The translations under genes were made by a program, and so were the position numbers. Below, one piece after another: positions 38,899 to 47,941 of a stretch of DNA of 64,000 nucleotides (positions are counted from its first letter, which is position 1; each line of letters opens with the position of its first letter). Source of the stretch: Gemmatimonadales bacterium (lineage in GTDB: Bacteria; Gemmatimonadota; Gemmatimonadetes; Gemmatimonadales; JACORV01); the NCBI GenBank assembly GCA_035623755.1, contig DASPSV010000012.1, positions 3,641 through 67,640 of the forward strand, in the 5' to 3' direction. The notes under the pieces were generated by a model. The model was not told the DNA's origin. It searched no databases and saw nothing but the letters and a program-made list of their open reading frames with translations.

Positions 38899-40079
38899 GA
38901 TCCGCGCACCACCCCCTCCAGCACTTCCACCACCTTCTCCATCTCCTCGATCGTGTTGTAGCAGTGCGGCGCCAGGCGAATCGCGCCCTCGCGCAGCGAG
39001 GCCACGATGCCGGCCTGCCGCAGGCGGCGATAGGCCTCGCGCGCGTCGGGCGGCGCGACGCACACGATCTGCGACCGGTGCCGCTCGTCGGTCGGCGACG
39101 TGAGCCGGACGCCGTGGCGCTCCGCCCACTCCACCACCGGGTCGCCCAGCCAGCGCAGGTAGGCCGCGATCGCCCCGATGCCCAGCTCCAGCAGCAGGCC
39201 GATCGAGGCGGTGAGGCCGAGCTGGTCCTGGGTCGCGGCGCCCGAGGCCTCGAAGCGCCGGGCGTCGTCCACCAGGCGCTCGTCATAGCTCAGGAGGTTG
39301 GAGTAATCCTCCATGCCCTCGTAGGACAGCCAGCCGGACATCGGCGGCGCCAGCTCCGCCACCAGCTCGCGCCGCACGTAGCAGAATCCCGAGCCCCACG
39401 GGCCGAGCAGCCACTTCTGCCCGCCACACGCCAGCAGGTCGACGGGCAGCGCGCGCACGTCCAGCGGCACCACGCCGAGCGCCTGGATGGCGTCCACCAC
39501 CAGGAAGGTCCCCGCCGCCCGGCAGGCGGCCCCGAGGCGGGCCAGGTCGGCGCGGAACCCGTTGGAGAACTGCACCGCGGAGATGGCGAGCACCTTGACG
39601 CGCGGGTCGGCCACGCGCTCGACCAGCCGGTCCTCGTCGGGAAAGCCCTGCGCCGTGACGGGCACCCGCTCCACCACCACGCCGCCGCGGCGCCGCGCCA
39701 GCCACGGGTAGACGTTGGCCGGGAACTCGCGGTCGCTCACCAGCACGACGTCGCCCGGCGCGAGCGGCAGCGCGAGCGCCGCGGTGTGGAGGCCCGTGGA
39801 CGTATTGGGCGCCAGCGCGATCTCGTCGGGGCTCGCGTGCACCAGCTGCGCCGCCGCGCTCCGGGCCGCGGCGTGGATCGCGAGCAGCTCGCGGTCGGGC
39901 AGCAGGTGCGGCGCCGTGCGCTTGGCGTTGAAGGCCTCGATGGCGAGCCGCGCGCGCTCGGGCAGCGGCCCGATCGACGCGGCGGCCAGGTACACGGTCT
40001 CGGCCGTCCACGGGAACTCGCGGTTCCGGAGCTCGCGCACGAGCTCGCCGAGCTGCGGGGCGGGCGCGATGTCCGTCAT
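38895..40079 (-). CDS. class V aminotransferase (cysteine desulfurase/isopenicillin-N-epimerase-like), PLP-dependent
   Basis: 394 aa. VVDAIQALG, the CGGQKWLLGPWG context for the PLP lysine, and a class V fold pattern. Confidence 0.8.
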   Translation of the reverse strand: MTDIAPAPQLGELVRELRNREFPWTAETVYLAAASIGPLPERARLAIEAFNAKRTAPHLLPDRELLAIHAAARSAAAQLVHASPDEIALAPNTSTGLHTAALALPLAPGDVVLVSDREFPANVYPWLARRRGGVVVERVPVTAQGFPDEDRLVERVADPRVKVLAISAVQFSNGFRADLARLGAACRAAGTFLVVDAIQALGVVPLDVRALPVDLLACGGQKWLLGPWGSGFCYVRRELVAELAPPMSGWLSYEGMEDYSNLLSYDERLVDDARRFEASGAATQDQLGLTASIGLLLELGIGAIAAYLRWLGDPVVEWAERHGVRLTSPTDERHRSQIVCVAPPDAREAYRRLRQAGIVASLREGAIRLAPHCYNTIEEMEKVVEVLEGVVRGS

Positions 40080-40097
40080 CGCGAGAGTGGCGTTGGC

Positions 40098-41261
40098 ATG
40101 GGTGCGGCGGCTACGTTAACCACCCATGAGCGGACGCGGCAAGCGGCGGTGAGCGCGGCCGGCTGGCGCTTCGCGCTCGTCCTCGGCGGCGGCGGGATCA
40201 AGGGCCTCGCGCACGTCGGCGTGCTCCGCGCGCTCGCCGAGCGGGACTGGACCCCCGACGTCGTGGTCGGCAACAGCATCGGGGCGCTGATCGGCGCGGC
40301 GTGGGCCGCCGAGTTCACGCTGCGCGAGCTGCAGGCGGTGGCGCTGAGCATGCGGCGCCACGACGTGTTCGCGGTGGCCCGCAGCGACATGGCGACGCGG
40401 CGCCTGCGCGCCCCGGGGATCTACAAGGCCGGCCCGCTCGAGGACCTGGTGCGCGGCCTGCTCGGCGACACGACCTTCGACGAGCTCCCCCGCCGGCTGG
40501 TCGTCTCCTCCGTGGACATCGACAGCGGCATGGTGCTCTACTGGGGCCTCCCGGGCCTGCGCGACGTCGCCGTCGCGGACGCGGTGTTCGCCTCGTGCGC
40601 CCTGCCCGGCTTCTTCCCGCCGCGCGAGATCCGCGGCCACTGCCTGGTGGACGGGGCGCTGGTGGACAACCTCCCGGTGCGGGTGGCGGCGGCGCAGGAC
40701 GTCGACGGCATCGTCGCCGTGGACGTGGGCTCCTCGAGCGTGCTGCGCGCCGAGACCCGGGAATCCGGCTTCGCCGCCGTGGTCGCCCGCGGCTCGGAGA
40801 TCGTCTTCCACCACATGCTGGAGCTGCGGCTCGCGGCGTGGACCACGCCGCCCATGCTGTTCGTGCAGCCGCGGGTCGAGCACATCCCGATGCTGTCGTT
40901 CGCCCACAACCGCGAGCTGATCGACGAGGGGTACCGCGCCACGGCCGCCGCGCTGGACCAGGCGCAGGACGCGGTGCGCCGCGGCGGAGCCGGCATCCAT
41001 CCCCGCCGGCTGGTGGAGGTGGCCGTCGACCGCGAGCGCTGCATCGGGTGCGGGGTCTGCGTCGCCCTCGGTCCGCCGGGCACCTTCCGGATGGACGCGG
41101 CCGGGAAGGCCGTCGGACCCGCGACGCCGCAGGAATGGTCGCCGGTGAGCGGCGCCGTCATCCGGCACTGCCCGACCTACGCCATCACGGCCCACCCGGC
41201 GCGGGCGGCTGACGGTCCCACAGACGGTGGGTCCAGAGGTACTGCTCCGGCGCGCGCCTGA
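40098..41261 (+). CDS. patatin-like phospholipase with C-terminal ferredoxin-like Cys cluster
   Basis: Oxyanion hole LGGGGIKGLAHVG, nucleophile GNSIGA (GxSxG), and catalytic Asp in VDGALVDN. The C-terminus has CIGCGVCVALGPP...IRHCPTYAI (CxxCxxC...CP). An alternative GTG start exists at 40149. Confidence 0.75.
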   Translation: MGAAATLTTHERTRQAAVSAAGWRFALVLGGGGIKGLAHVGVLRALAERDWTPDVVVGNSIGALIGAAWAAEFTLRELQAVALSMRRHDVFAVARSDMATRRLRAPGIYKAGPLEDLVRGLLGDTTFDELPRRLVVSSVDIDSGMVLYWGLPGLRDVAVADAVFASCALPGFFPPREIRGHCLVDGALVDNLPVRVAAAQDVDGIVAVDVGSSSVLRAETRESGFAAVVARGSEIVFHHMLELRLAAWTTPPMLFVQPRVEHIPMLSFAHNRELIDEGYRATAAALDQAQDAVRRGGAGIHPRRLVEVAVDRERCIGCGVCVALGPPGTFRMDAAGKAVGPATPQEWSPVSGAVIRHCPTYAITAHPARAADGPTDGGSRGTAPARA

Positions 41262-42084
41262 CCGCGGCCTCGAGCCGCTGCCGGAACAGCGTCGCGATCC
41301 GCACCACCGCCGCCTCCACGTCCCTGCCGGGCCGCTCCTCGAGCATCTCGACCGCCGCGTGATAGCGGCCGCCGGGCGCCGCCGTCGCGGTGCCGACCAG
41401 CACCGGCGCCCCGGAGCGCGCCGCGAACAGCCCGGGGCCGACCGGCGTCTGCGTCGGCCGGCCGAAGAACGGGACCCACACCGGGCTCCGCATCGCGCCC
41501 TGGTCGGCCACCAGGCCCACCACCTTGCCGGCCGCCAGCGCGGCCGGGACCGCGGCGCGCGCCTCGGGCAACGGGATCGTCTCCAGGCCGGTCCGCCGCC
41601 GTGACCGCTCGACGTAGCCGGCCACCCACGGGTTCGACGGCGGCTTGACCACCGCCGCCACCGGGATCCCCATGGCGGCGATGTACGCGGCCCCCACCTC
41701 CCAGTTGCCGAGGTGGCCGGTGAGCAGGATGACGCCCCGTCCCTCCGCGACCGCCGCGCGGAGCACGTCCTCGCCGTCGAACCGGCCCAGCAGCTTCACC
41801 GCCGTCCGCGCGCCGCCGGCCGTGAGCCGCAGCGCGTCCATCGCGACGCGGCCGAAGTGCGCGTACATCCCGCGCGCCAGCGCGGCGCGCTCGTCCGCCG
41901 AGAGCGAGGGAAACGCCGCGGCGATGTTGCGGTCCGCGACCTCCCGCCGCAGCCCGAGCGGATCGCGGGCCAGCCGGCCGAGCGCCGCGCCGGCCAAGAG
42001 GGCCGCCCCGCGGGGCAGCGGGCCCAGCACGCCGAGCGCCGCCCGCATGAGCAGGTAGGCCGGGTAGTCGCTGCGCCGCCTCAT
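41185..42084 (-). CDS. lysophospholipid/lipid A biosynthesis acyltransferase (LpxL/HtrB family)
   Basis: The ATG at 42084 overlaps the upstream stop (ATGA). ILLTGHLGNWEV is the HX4D/E-type acyltransferase box, and the product ends ...PEQYLWTHRLW, which is typical of the family. Confidence 0.8.
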   Translation of the reverse strand: MRRRSDYPAYLLMRAALGVLGPLPRGAALLAGAALGRLARDPLGLRREVADRNIAAAFPSLSADERAALARGMYAHFGRVAMDALRLTAGGARTAVKLLGRFDGEDVLRAAVAEGRGVILLTGHLGNWEVGAAYIAAMGIPVAAVVKPPSNPWVAGYVERSRRRTGLETIPLPEARAAVPAALAAGKVVGLVADQGAMRSPVWVPFFGRPTQTPVGPGLFAARSGAPVLVGTATAAPGGRYHAAVEMLEERPGRDVEAAVVRIATLFRQRLEAAVRRAPEQYLWTHRLWDRQPPAPGGP

Positions 42085-43235
42085 CGCCGCTGCGCCAGGG
42101 CGATGCGGTAGACGGCCTCGGTCGCCGCCGCGGTCCGTGCGACCGGGAACCGCCCGCGCGCGGTGAGCCGCGCCCGCGCGCCGAGCCGGTGCCGCAGCGC
42201 GGGATCCGCCAGCAGGACCGACAGCGCGCGGGCGAAGGCGAGGCTGTCCCTGGGCGGTACCAGCCACCCGTCCTCGCCGTGGGTGACGAGGTCGGTGTTG
42301 CCGCCCGCGCGCGACGCCACGACGGGCAGGCCGAGCGCCATGGCCTCGAGCAGCGCCTGCGACAGCCCCTCGTGGCGCGAGGGCAGCACGACCACGTCGA
42401 ACAGCCGGTAGAAGGCCAGCACGTCGGGCCGGAACGGCACCCAGCGCACCTCGTGCCGCGGCGCGGCGGCCGCGAGCGCTGCGAGCTCCGGGTCGCGCGC
42501 CACACCCACCAGCGCGAGGCTGATCGGCGGCTCCAGCGCCGGCAGGGCGCGGAGCAGCACCGCGTGGTCCTTGCGCCGCGCGACCACGCCGACCGTGGGC
42601 CGCCACGGGCGCCACCCCGCCAGCGCGCGCGCCGTCTCGATCGCGGCGCCCGGCACGTCGCGGTCCACCCGCGTGAGGTCCACGCCGTTGGGCACCACGC
42701 TCACCCGCCACGGCGGCGCGCCACGCCGGATCAGCGCCCGGGCCACCGGGCGGCTCACCGCGATGGTGCGGTCCGCGACGAAGCCGTTGAGCAGCACCGA
42801 CAGCGGCAGCGAGCGCGGCATCTGGCGCCGGGTCATGACGCACGCGGCCGGGAGGCGGCCCGCGAGCCGCGCCCGCCGGCAGGCGGCGCGATCCCGCGAG
42901 CTGTGGGAGTTGACCACGTCCACGCCGGCCTCGCGCACCACCCGCGCCACGTCCATCGCCAGGCGGGCCGGGCGGTCGAAGGCGAGCGGCACCACGTCGA
43001 GCCCGCGCGCGCGCGCCGTCGCCGCCAGGAGGCTCAGGGGCCGGCAGCCCACCAGCACGCGGTGGCCCGCCGCCCGCTGCGCGGCGGCGAGCGCCGCGAT
43101 CGAGACGGTCGAGCCGGCCCCGTCCCCCTGGTGCGTCAGGTGGAGGATGGTGAGCGGGTCCGTGCCGCCCGCGGTCCCGGCGGGGCCGGCGGCGCCGGCG
43201 CGCTCAGTCCGTGAGGACCGGACGGGATTCCCCAC
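42081..43235 (-). CDS. glycosyltransferase family 4 (GT-B, group 1)
   Basis: ILHLTHQGDGAGS at the N-terminus, and the EX7E-type region PSRHEGLSQALLEAMALGLPVVASRAGG. Confidence 0.8.
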   Translation of the reverse strand: MGNPVRSSRTERAGAAGPAGTAGGTDPLTILHLTHQGDGAGSTVSIAALAAAQRAAGHRVLVGCRPLSLLAATARARGLDVVPLAFDRPARLAMDVARVVREAGVDVVNSHSSRDRAACRRARLAGRLPAACVMTRRQMPRSLPLSVLLNGFVADRTIAVSRPVARALIRRGAPPWRVSVVPNGVDLTRVDRDVPGAAIETARALAGWRPWRPTVGVVARRKDHAVLLRALPALEPPISLALVGVARDPELAALAAAAPRHEVRWVPFRPDVLAFYRLFDVVVLPSRHEGLSQALLEAMALGLPVVASRAGGNTDLVTHGEDGWLVPPRDSLAFARALSVLLADPALRHRLGARARLTARGRFPVARTAAATEAVYRIALAQRR

Positions 43236-45039
43236 GGAACTGCAGGTCGTGGAGGCGGCGGTACACGCCGCCGGCGGCGAGCAGCGCCTCGTGGCGGCCG
43301 CGCTCGACGACGCGGCCGTGATCGAGGACCAGGATCTGCGTGGCGTGCTGCACCGTGGACAGGCGGTGCGCGATGACGAACACCGTGCGCCCCTCGAGCA
43401 GCCGGTCGATCGCCTCCTGCACGAGGTGCTCCGACTCCGAGTCGAGCGCGCTGGTGGCCTCGTCGAGGATCAGGATCGGCGGGTCGCGCAGCAGCGCGCG
43501 CGCGATGGCGATCCGCTGGCGCTCGCCGCCCGAGAGCCGGGTGCCCCGCTCCCCGAGCGTCGTGTCGTATCCCTGCGGCAGCGCCGCGATGAACTCGTGC
43601 GCGTTCGCCGCCCGCGCCGCCGCCTCGATCGCCGCGGCGTCGAACCGGTCGAGCGAGCCGTAGGCGATGTTCGCCTTCACCGAGTCGTTGAACAGCACCG
43701 TCTCCTGGCTCACGATGCCCATCAGGCTCCGCAGCGAGGGCAGCGTGATCTCGCGCAGGTCGCGCCCGTCGAGGGTGATGCGCCCCTGGCTCGGCTCGTA
43801 GAAGCGCGGCAGGAGGTCCACCAGGGTGCTCTTCCCGGCCCCGCTCGCGCCCACCACGGCCACGACGTCGCCCTTGCGGGCCTCCAGCGTCACGTCCTGC
43901 AGCACCGGCGCCGCGCCGTCGTAGCTGAACGACACCTCGCGGAACGCGATCGCCTCGCGGAACTCGCGCACCTCGAAGCGCCCCGGCGCCAGGGCCTCGG
44001 TCGGCGGCTCGTCGAGCACCTGCAGCACGCGCTCGCCCGAGGCGAGGGCGTTCTGGTACTGGGCCGGCCAGTTGGACAGGAACTTGAGCGGGACCAGCAG
44101 GCGCAGGGCGACGAACAGGAACATGATGAAGCTCTCGGGATGCATCGAGGCTGCGGGCCCGGTCGCCATCCGCGCGCCGACCCACAGCAGCACCACGGTC
44201 ACCAGCGCCCCGAAGCTCTCGCTGATCGGCCCGCCGAGGGTGGCCAGCCGCTGCATCCGGATCACGCCCCGCGCGTAGCGGTTGGCGGCGTCGAAGAACC
44301 GCCGCCGCTCGTAGGGCTCGGCGGCGTACGACTTCACCAGCCGCACGCCGGCCACCGTCTCCTGCATCAGCGCGGTGAGGTCGCCCCGGTCGTCGAGGGT
44401 GCGCAGGTAGCCGCGGTGCAGCCGCCGCACCAGGGGGCGCAGCCCCAGGATGAGGACCGGGGCCAGGACCAGCGACAGGATCGTGAGCCGCCACGACAGC
44501 GCGACCAGCATCACCAGGTACACCGCGAGCGTCGCCACCGACTGGACGAAGTTCAGCGCCTCGTTCCCGACGATCGGCTTGACGTTCTCCGCGTCCGCCA
44601 GCATGCGGCTCAGCAGCTGCCCGCCGCGGGTCTGCTGGTAGTACGCCAGCCCCATGCCCTGGAGGTGGGCGTACAGCTTCATCCGCATGTCGCGCACGAC
44701 CTTCTCCTGCACGACGGCGACGCTCACGCGGGAGAAGTAGACCAGGAGGTTCTTCGCCGTCATCGCGACCAGGATGACGACGATCACGTTGCGGAGCGCG
44801 GTGCCGATGTCCCCGCTGGGCAGCAGCGGCCCCACCAGGCGGTGCAGCACCTGCTCCACCAGGTTCGCGCCCTCGGGCGGCAGCAGCGAGGAGGAGCCGA
44901 ACACGGCCCGCAGGAACGGGATGACCAGCGCGAAGGTGAAGCCGTCGAACAGGGTCCCGACCACCGTCGCGAGCAGGGCGGCCACGACCAGCGCGAGGTA
45001 CGGACGGACGAACCGGAACAGCTCCGGGTAGCGCCCCAC
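43204..45039 (-). CDS. ABC transporter, fused permease/ATPase (MsbA-like lipid exporter)
   Basis: Six-TM N-terminal half. Walker A GASGAGKST, ABC signature LSGGERQR, Walker B ILILDEATSALD. Confidence 0.88.
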   Translation of the reverse strand: MGRYPELFRFVRPYLALVVAALLATVVGTLFDGFTFALVIPFLRAVFGSSSLLPPEGANLVEQVLHRLVGPLLPSGDIGTALRNVIVVILVAMTAKNLLVYFSRVSVAVVQEKVVRDMRMKLYAHLQGMGLAYYQQTRGGQLLSRMLADAENVKPIVGNEALNFVQSVATLAVYLVMLVALSWRLTILSLVLAPVLILGLRPLVRRLHRGYLRTLDDRGDLTALMQETVAGVRLVKSYAAEPYERRRFFDAANRYARGVIRMQRLATLGGPISESFGALVTVVLLWVGARMATGPAASMHPESFIMFLFVALRLLVPLKFLSNWPAQYQNALASGERVLQVLDEPPTEALAPGRFEVREFREAIAFREVSFSYDGAAPVLQDVTLEARKGDVVAVVGASGAGKSTLVDLLPRFYEPSQGRITLDGRDLREITLPSLRSLMGIVSQETVLFNDSVKANIAYGSLDRFDAAAIEAAARAANAHEFIAALPQGYDTTLGERGTRLSGGERQRIAIARALLRDPPILILDEATSALDSESEHLVQEAIDRLLEGRTVFVIAHRLSTVQHATQILVLDHGRVVERGRHEALLAAGGVYRRLHDLQFRGESRPVLTD

Positions 45040-45040
45040 G

Positions 45041-46612
45041 CTAGCGGGCCTGGCGCGGGACCAGCAGCGCCACCGGCAGGATCATCTCCTCCGGCGAGGC
45101 GCCGCCGTGCAGGAAGGCGCCGCGGTAGCGGGCCTGGTACTCGCGCAGCTTGGTCGGGTAGACGAAGAACCGGTCCTCGGTGGCGATGACGCAGCGCACC
45201 CCGAGGCCGCGCGGGGGCAGGCCGTAGGTCCGCAGATCCTCGACCGTGATGGCCGACGCCGCGTCCTCGGGCCGCAGGTCCTCGCCGAACTTGAAGCGGA
45301 GGTTGTTGGTGGCGTCCCGCTTGGCGTACACGGTGGCCGGGCTCAGGCAGTGGATCGAGCCGTGGTCGCTGGTGAGCACCACCGGCACGCGCCGCCGCTC
45401 CGCCTCGACCAGCGCGGCGCGGAGCGGCGAGCGCTCGAACCAGGCGCAGGTCAGCGCCCGCAGCGCCGGGGCGTCGCGCGCCACCTCGTAGAGGATGGCG
45501 TTCTCCGAGCGGCCGTGGGTGAGCTGGTCCACGAAGTTGAACACCATCGCCGTCACGCCGTCCTGCGCCAGCATCGACGGGAGCCGCCGCTGCACGTCCT
45601 CGCCCTCGCTGGTGCCGAACAGCTTCTCGTAGCGGCACGGCACCGGCCGGCCGGTCACGCGCTCGAGCTGCCGGCCCAGCAGGTCGTGCTCGTGCGCGTT
45701 GAGGCTGTCCTCCTCGTGCTCCGTCCACCACCCGGGATACTGGGTCGCGATGTCCCGCGGCAGCAGCCCGGCGAAGATGGCGTTGCGGCTGTACGGCGTC
45801 GCGCTCGGGAGGATGCTGAAGTAGTGGCTGGTCTCGACGTCGAACAGCGGCGTGACCTGCGGCAGCAGCGCCTCCCACTGGTCCAGCCGCAGGCAGTCCA
45901 CCACCACGAACAGCACCCGCCCGTGCTCGCGCAGCACCGGGAGGACCATCTCCTCGACCACGTCGGACGAGAGCGCCGGCCGGTCGGCGTCCGGCTGCGC
46001 GATCCAGCGCGGGTAGTTCCGCGCGACGAACCCGCCGAAGTCGCGCCGCAGGCCGCCCATCAGCGCGTGCAGCGCCTGCCCCAGGCCCGGCTCCGCCGCC
46101 TCGGCCAGCTTGAGGTCCCACTGCATCAGCTCGCGCCACACGTCGATCCACTCCCGCCAGCCGAGCGCCGTGCCGCGCCGCGCCTCCAGCTCCCGGAACC
46201 GGGTGACGAACTCGCGCGAGAGGTGCTGCTGGCGGATCCGGTCGCCCTCGAGCAGCCGGGTGACGACCGAGAGGATCTGGCGGGGCTGCAGCGGCTTGAC
46301 GAGGTAGTCGTCCACCGACATCCCGATCGCCTCGCGCAGCACCGCGGGGTCCTCGGACTTGGTGACCATCACGACCGGCACCGCGGGATCGAGCTCGCGG
46401 ATGGCGTGGAACAACTCGAGGCCGCGGCGCCCCGGCATCTGCTCGTCGACCAGCACCAGCCCGTACGCCTGGCGCCGCAGCAGCTCCAGCGCGTCGTCGC
46501 CGTGGGCGGCGGCTGCGACTTCGTATCCCTGGTCGGTGAGGAACCGGCGGTGCGACTCGAGGCTTTCGATCTCGTCGTCCACCCACAGGATGCTCTTGGG
46601 GCGCGAGGCCAT
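45041..46612 (-). CDS. response regulator with PglZ (alkaline-phosphatase superfamily) output domain, PorX-like
   Basis: REC domain (ILWVDDE...LVDEQMPG...VMVTK). It is followed by a large domain with PglZ-type features (FVVVDCLRLDQW, PYSRNAIFAGLLP, TSDHGS). Confidence 0.8.
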   Translation of the reverse strand: MASRPKSILWVDDEIESLESHRRFLTDQGYEVAAAAHGDDALELLRRQAYGLVLVDEQMPGRRGLELFHAIRELDPAVPVVMVTKSEDPAVLREAIGMSVDDYLVKPLQPRQILSVVTRLLEGDRIRQQHLSREFVTRFRELEARRGTALGWREWIDVWRELMQWDLKLAEAAEPGLGQALHALMGGLRRDFGGFVARNYPRWIAQPDADRPALSSDVVEEMVLPVLREHGRVLFVVVDCLRLDQWEALLPQVTPLFDVETSHYFSILPSATPYSRNAIFAGLLPRDIATQYPGWWTEHEEDSLNAHEHDLLGRQLERVTGRPVPCRYEKLFGTSEGEDVQRRLPSMLAQDGVTAMVFNFVDQLTHGRSENAILYEVARDAPALRALTCAWFERSPLRAALVEAERRRVPVVLTSDHGSIHCLSPATVYAKRDATNNLRFKFGEDLRPEDAASAITVEDLRTYGLPPRGLGVRCVIATEDRFFVYPTKLREYQARYRGAFLHGGASPEEMILPVALLVPRQAR

Positions 46613-46679
46613 CGGGGCAACCTAGCCGCTCCCCCGGCCGGGCGCTACATTGCGCGCGTCCCCGCTCGACGCCGCGCCC

Positions 46680-47075
46680 ATGAGCCATCCAGCCCTCGCG
46701 ACCACCGACGACGCGTTCGCCAAGGTCCTCGCGGACACCGCCCGCGGACCGCAGCGCGACGGCGCGTTCGCCCTGTGGCTGGTGGTGCGCGCCGCGCTCT
46801 CGGCGGCCCCGCCCGCCCCCCCGGCGGCGCGGCAGGCGGACCGGCTCCGCGCGCTGGCCACGCGGATCCGGAGCCTCAACGCCCCGGCGCCGCTGCGCCG
46901 CTCGCTCGTCGCGGCGATCGCGGACCTCGGCGCGCCCCGCGCCCCCGCGGCCACGCTGGTGCTCGCGGCCCTCGCGGCCCCCGCCGCCGAGTGCCTCGGC
47001 CGCACCGCCGCCGACGCGGTGCAGGCGGCTGCGCGCGCCGCCCGCCCGGGCAGTCGGTCCGCGGCGTCCCCGTGA
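46680..47075 (+). CDS. hypothetical Ala-rich helical protein, translationally coupled to the DnaB-like gene
   Basis: The ATG at 46680 lies within ORF 46650..47075. Its stop overlaps the GTG of the next gene (GTGA). I recognised no motif. Confidence 0.4.
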   Translation: MSHPALATTDDAFAKVLADTARGPQRDGAFALWLVVRAALSAAPPAPPAARQADRLRALATRIRSLNAPAPLRRSLVAAIADLGAPRAPAATLVLAALAAPAAECLGRTAADAVQAAARAARPGSRSAASP

Positions 47076-47941
47076 AGACCCCGCCCGACATTCCGCGGCG
47101 CTCCAACCCGGTGACCGACGTGGTCGGCCGCGTCGACGCGCGGCTCGGCGGCGCGGCGAGCGGCGACACCGTCGCCACCGGCTTCCCCAGCGTGGACCGG
47201 ATCCTGGGCGGCGGCCTGCGGCAGGGGGACCTGGTCGTGCTCGGCGGCGACGTGGGCGTCGGCAAGTCGTCGTTCGCGCTCGCGATCGCGTTGCGCATCG
47301 CCGAGCGCGGCGAGAGCGCCGCGTTCCTCTCCGGCGAGATGGACGAGGACCGGCTGTGGGAGCGGGCGCTGGCGATCGAGGCGCGCACCCGGCTCGACGA
47401 CATCCGCCGCGGCACCGTCTCCGACGAGACCCGCGCCGCGCTCGGCGCCGCCGCGGTGCGGCTCCGCCACCGCCCGCTCGTCTACCGCCCCATGGCGGCG
47501 CGCTCCTTCGAGGAGGTGGCCGACCGCATCCGCGCGCTGCACACGCCGCTGGTCGCCGTCGACTACCTGCAGCTCCTGCCGCCGGCCCGGCTCGAGATGG
47601 AGCGCGAGGAGCAGGACGCCGTCGCCGTGCGGCTGCTCAAGGAGATCGCCCTCGACGCCAACGCCGCGCTGCTGCTGGTGGCGCAGCTGCCGCGGCTCAA
47701 CGCGAAGCGCCGCGACCCGCGGCCCGCCCTCGACGACTTCGCCGCCCGCGGCGCGGTGAAGTACCACGCCGACGTGGTGCTCGGCCTGTACCGGGAGGAG
47801 ATGTACCAGCTGACCCGCGGGGTGGAGGGCGCGACCGAGCTCATCGTGGCGAAGAACCGCCACGGCCCGACCGGCTTCGTGGACCTCTACTTCTACCGGG
47901 AGTGGATGCGCTTCGAGGACATGCTCGAGCCGGACCGCTAG
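47072..47941 (+). CDS. DnaB-helicase C-terminal (RecA-fold) domain protein lacking the N-terminal domain
   Basis: TGFPSVDRILGGGLRQGDLVVLGGDVGVGKSSFALAIA covers the DnaB linker plus Walker A. VAVDYLQLL is Walker B-like, and the product ends ...ELIVAKNRHGPTGFVDLYF, which is DnaB-type. It is only 289 aa. Confidence 0.75.
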   Translation: MKTPPDIPRRSNPVTDVVGRVDARLGGAASGDTVATGFPSVDRILGGGLRQGDLVVLGGDVGVGKSSFALAIALRIAERGESAAFLSGEMDEDRLWERALAIEARTRLDDIRRGTVSDETRAALGAAAVRLRHRPLVYRPMAARSFEEVADRIRALHTPLVAVDYLQLLPPARLEMEREEQDAVAVRLLKEIALDANAALLLVAQLPRLNAKRRDPRPALDDFAARGAVKYHADVVLGLYREEMYQLTRGVEGATELIVAKNRHGPTGFVDLYFYREWMRFEDMLEPDR

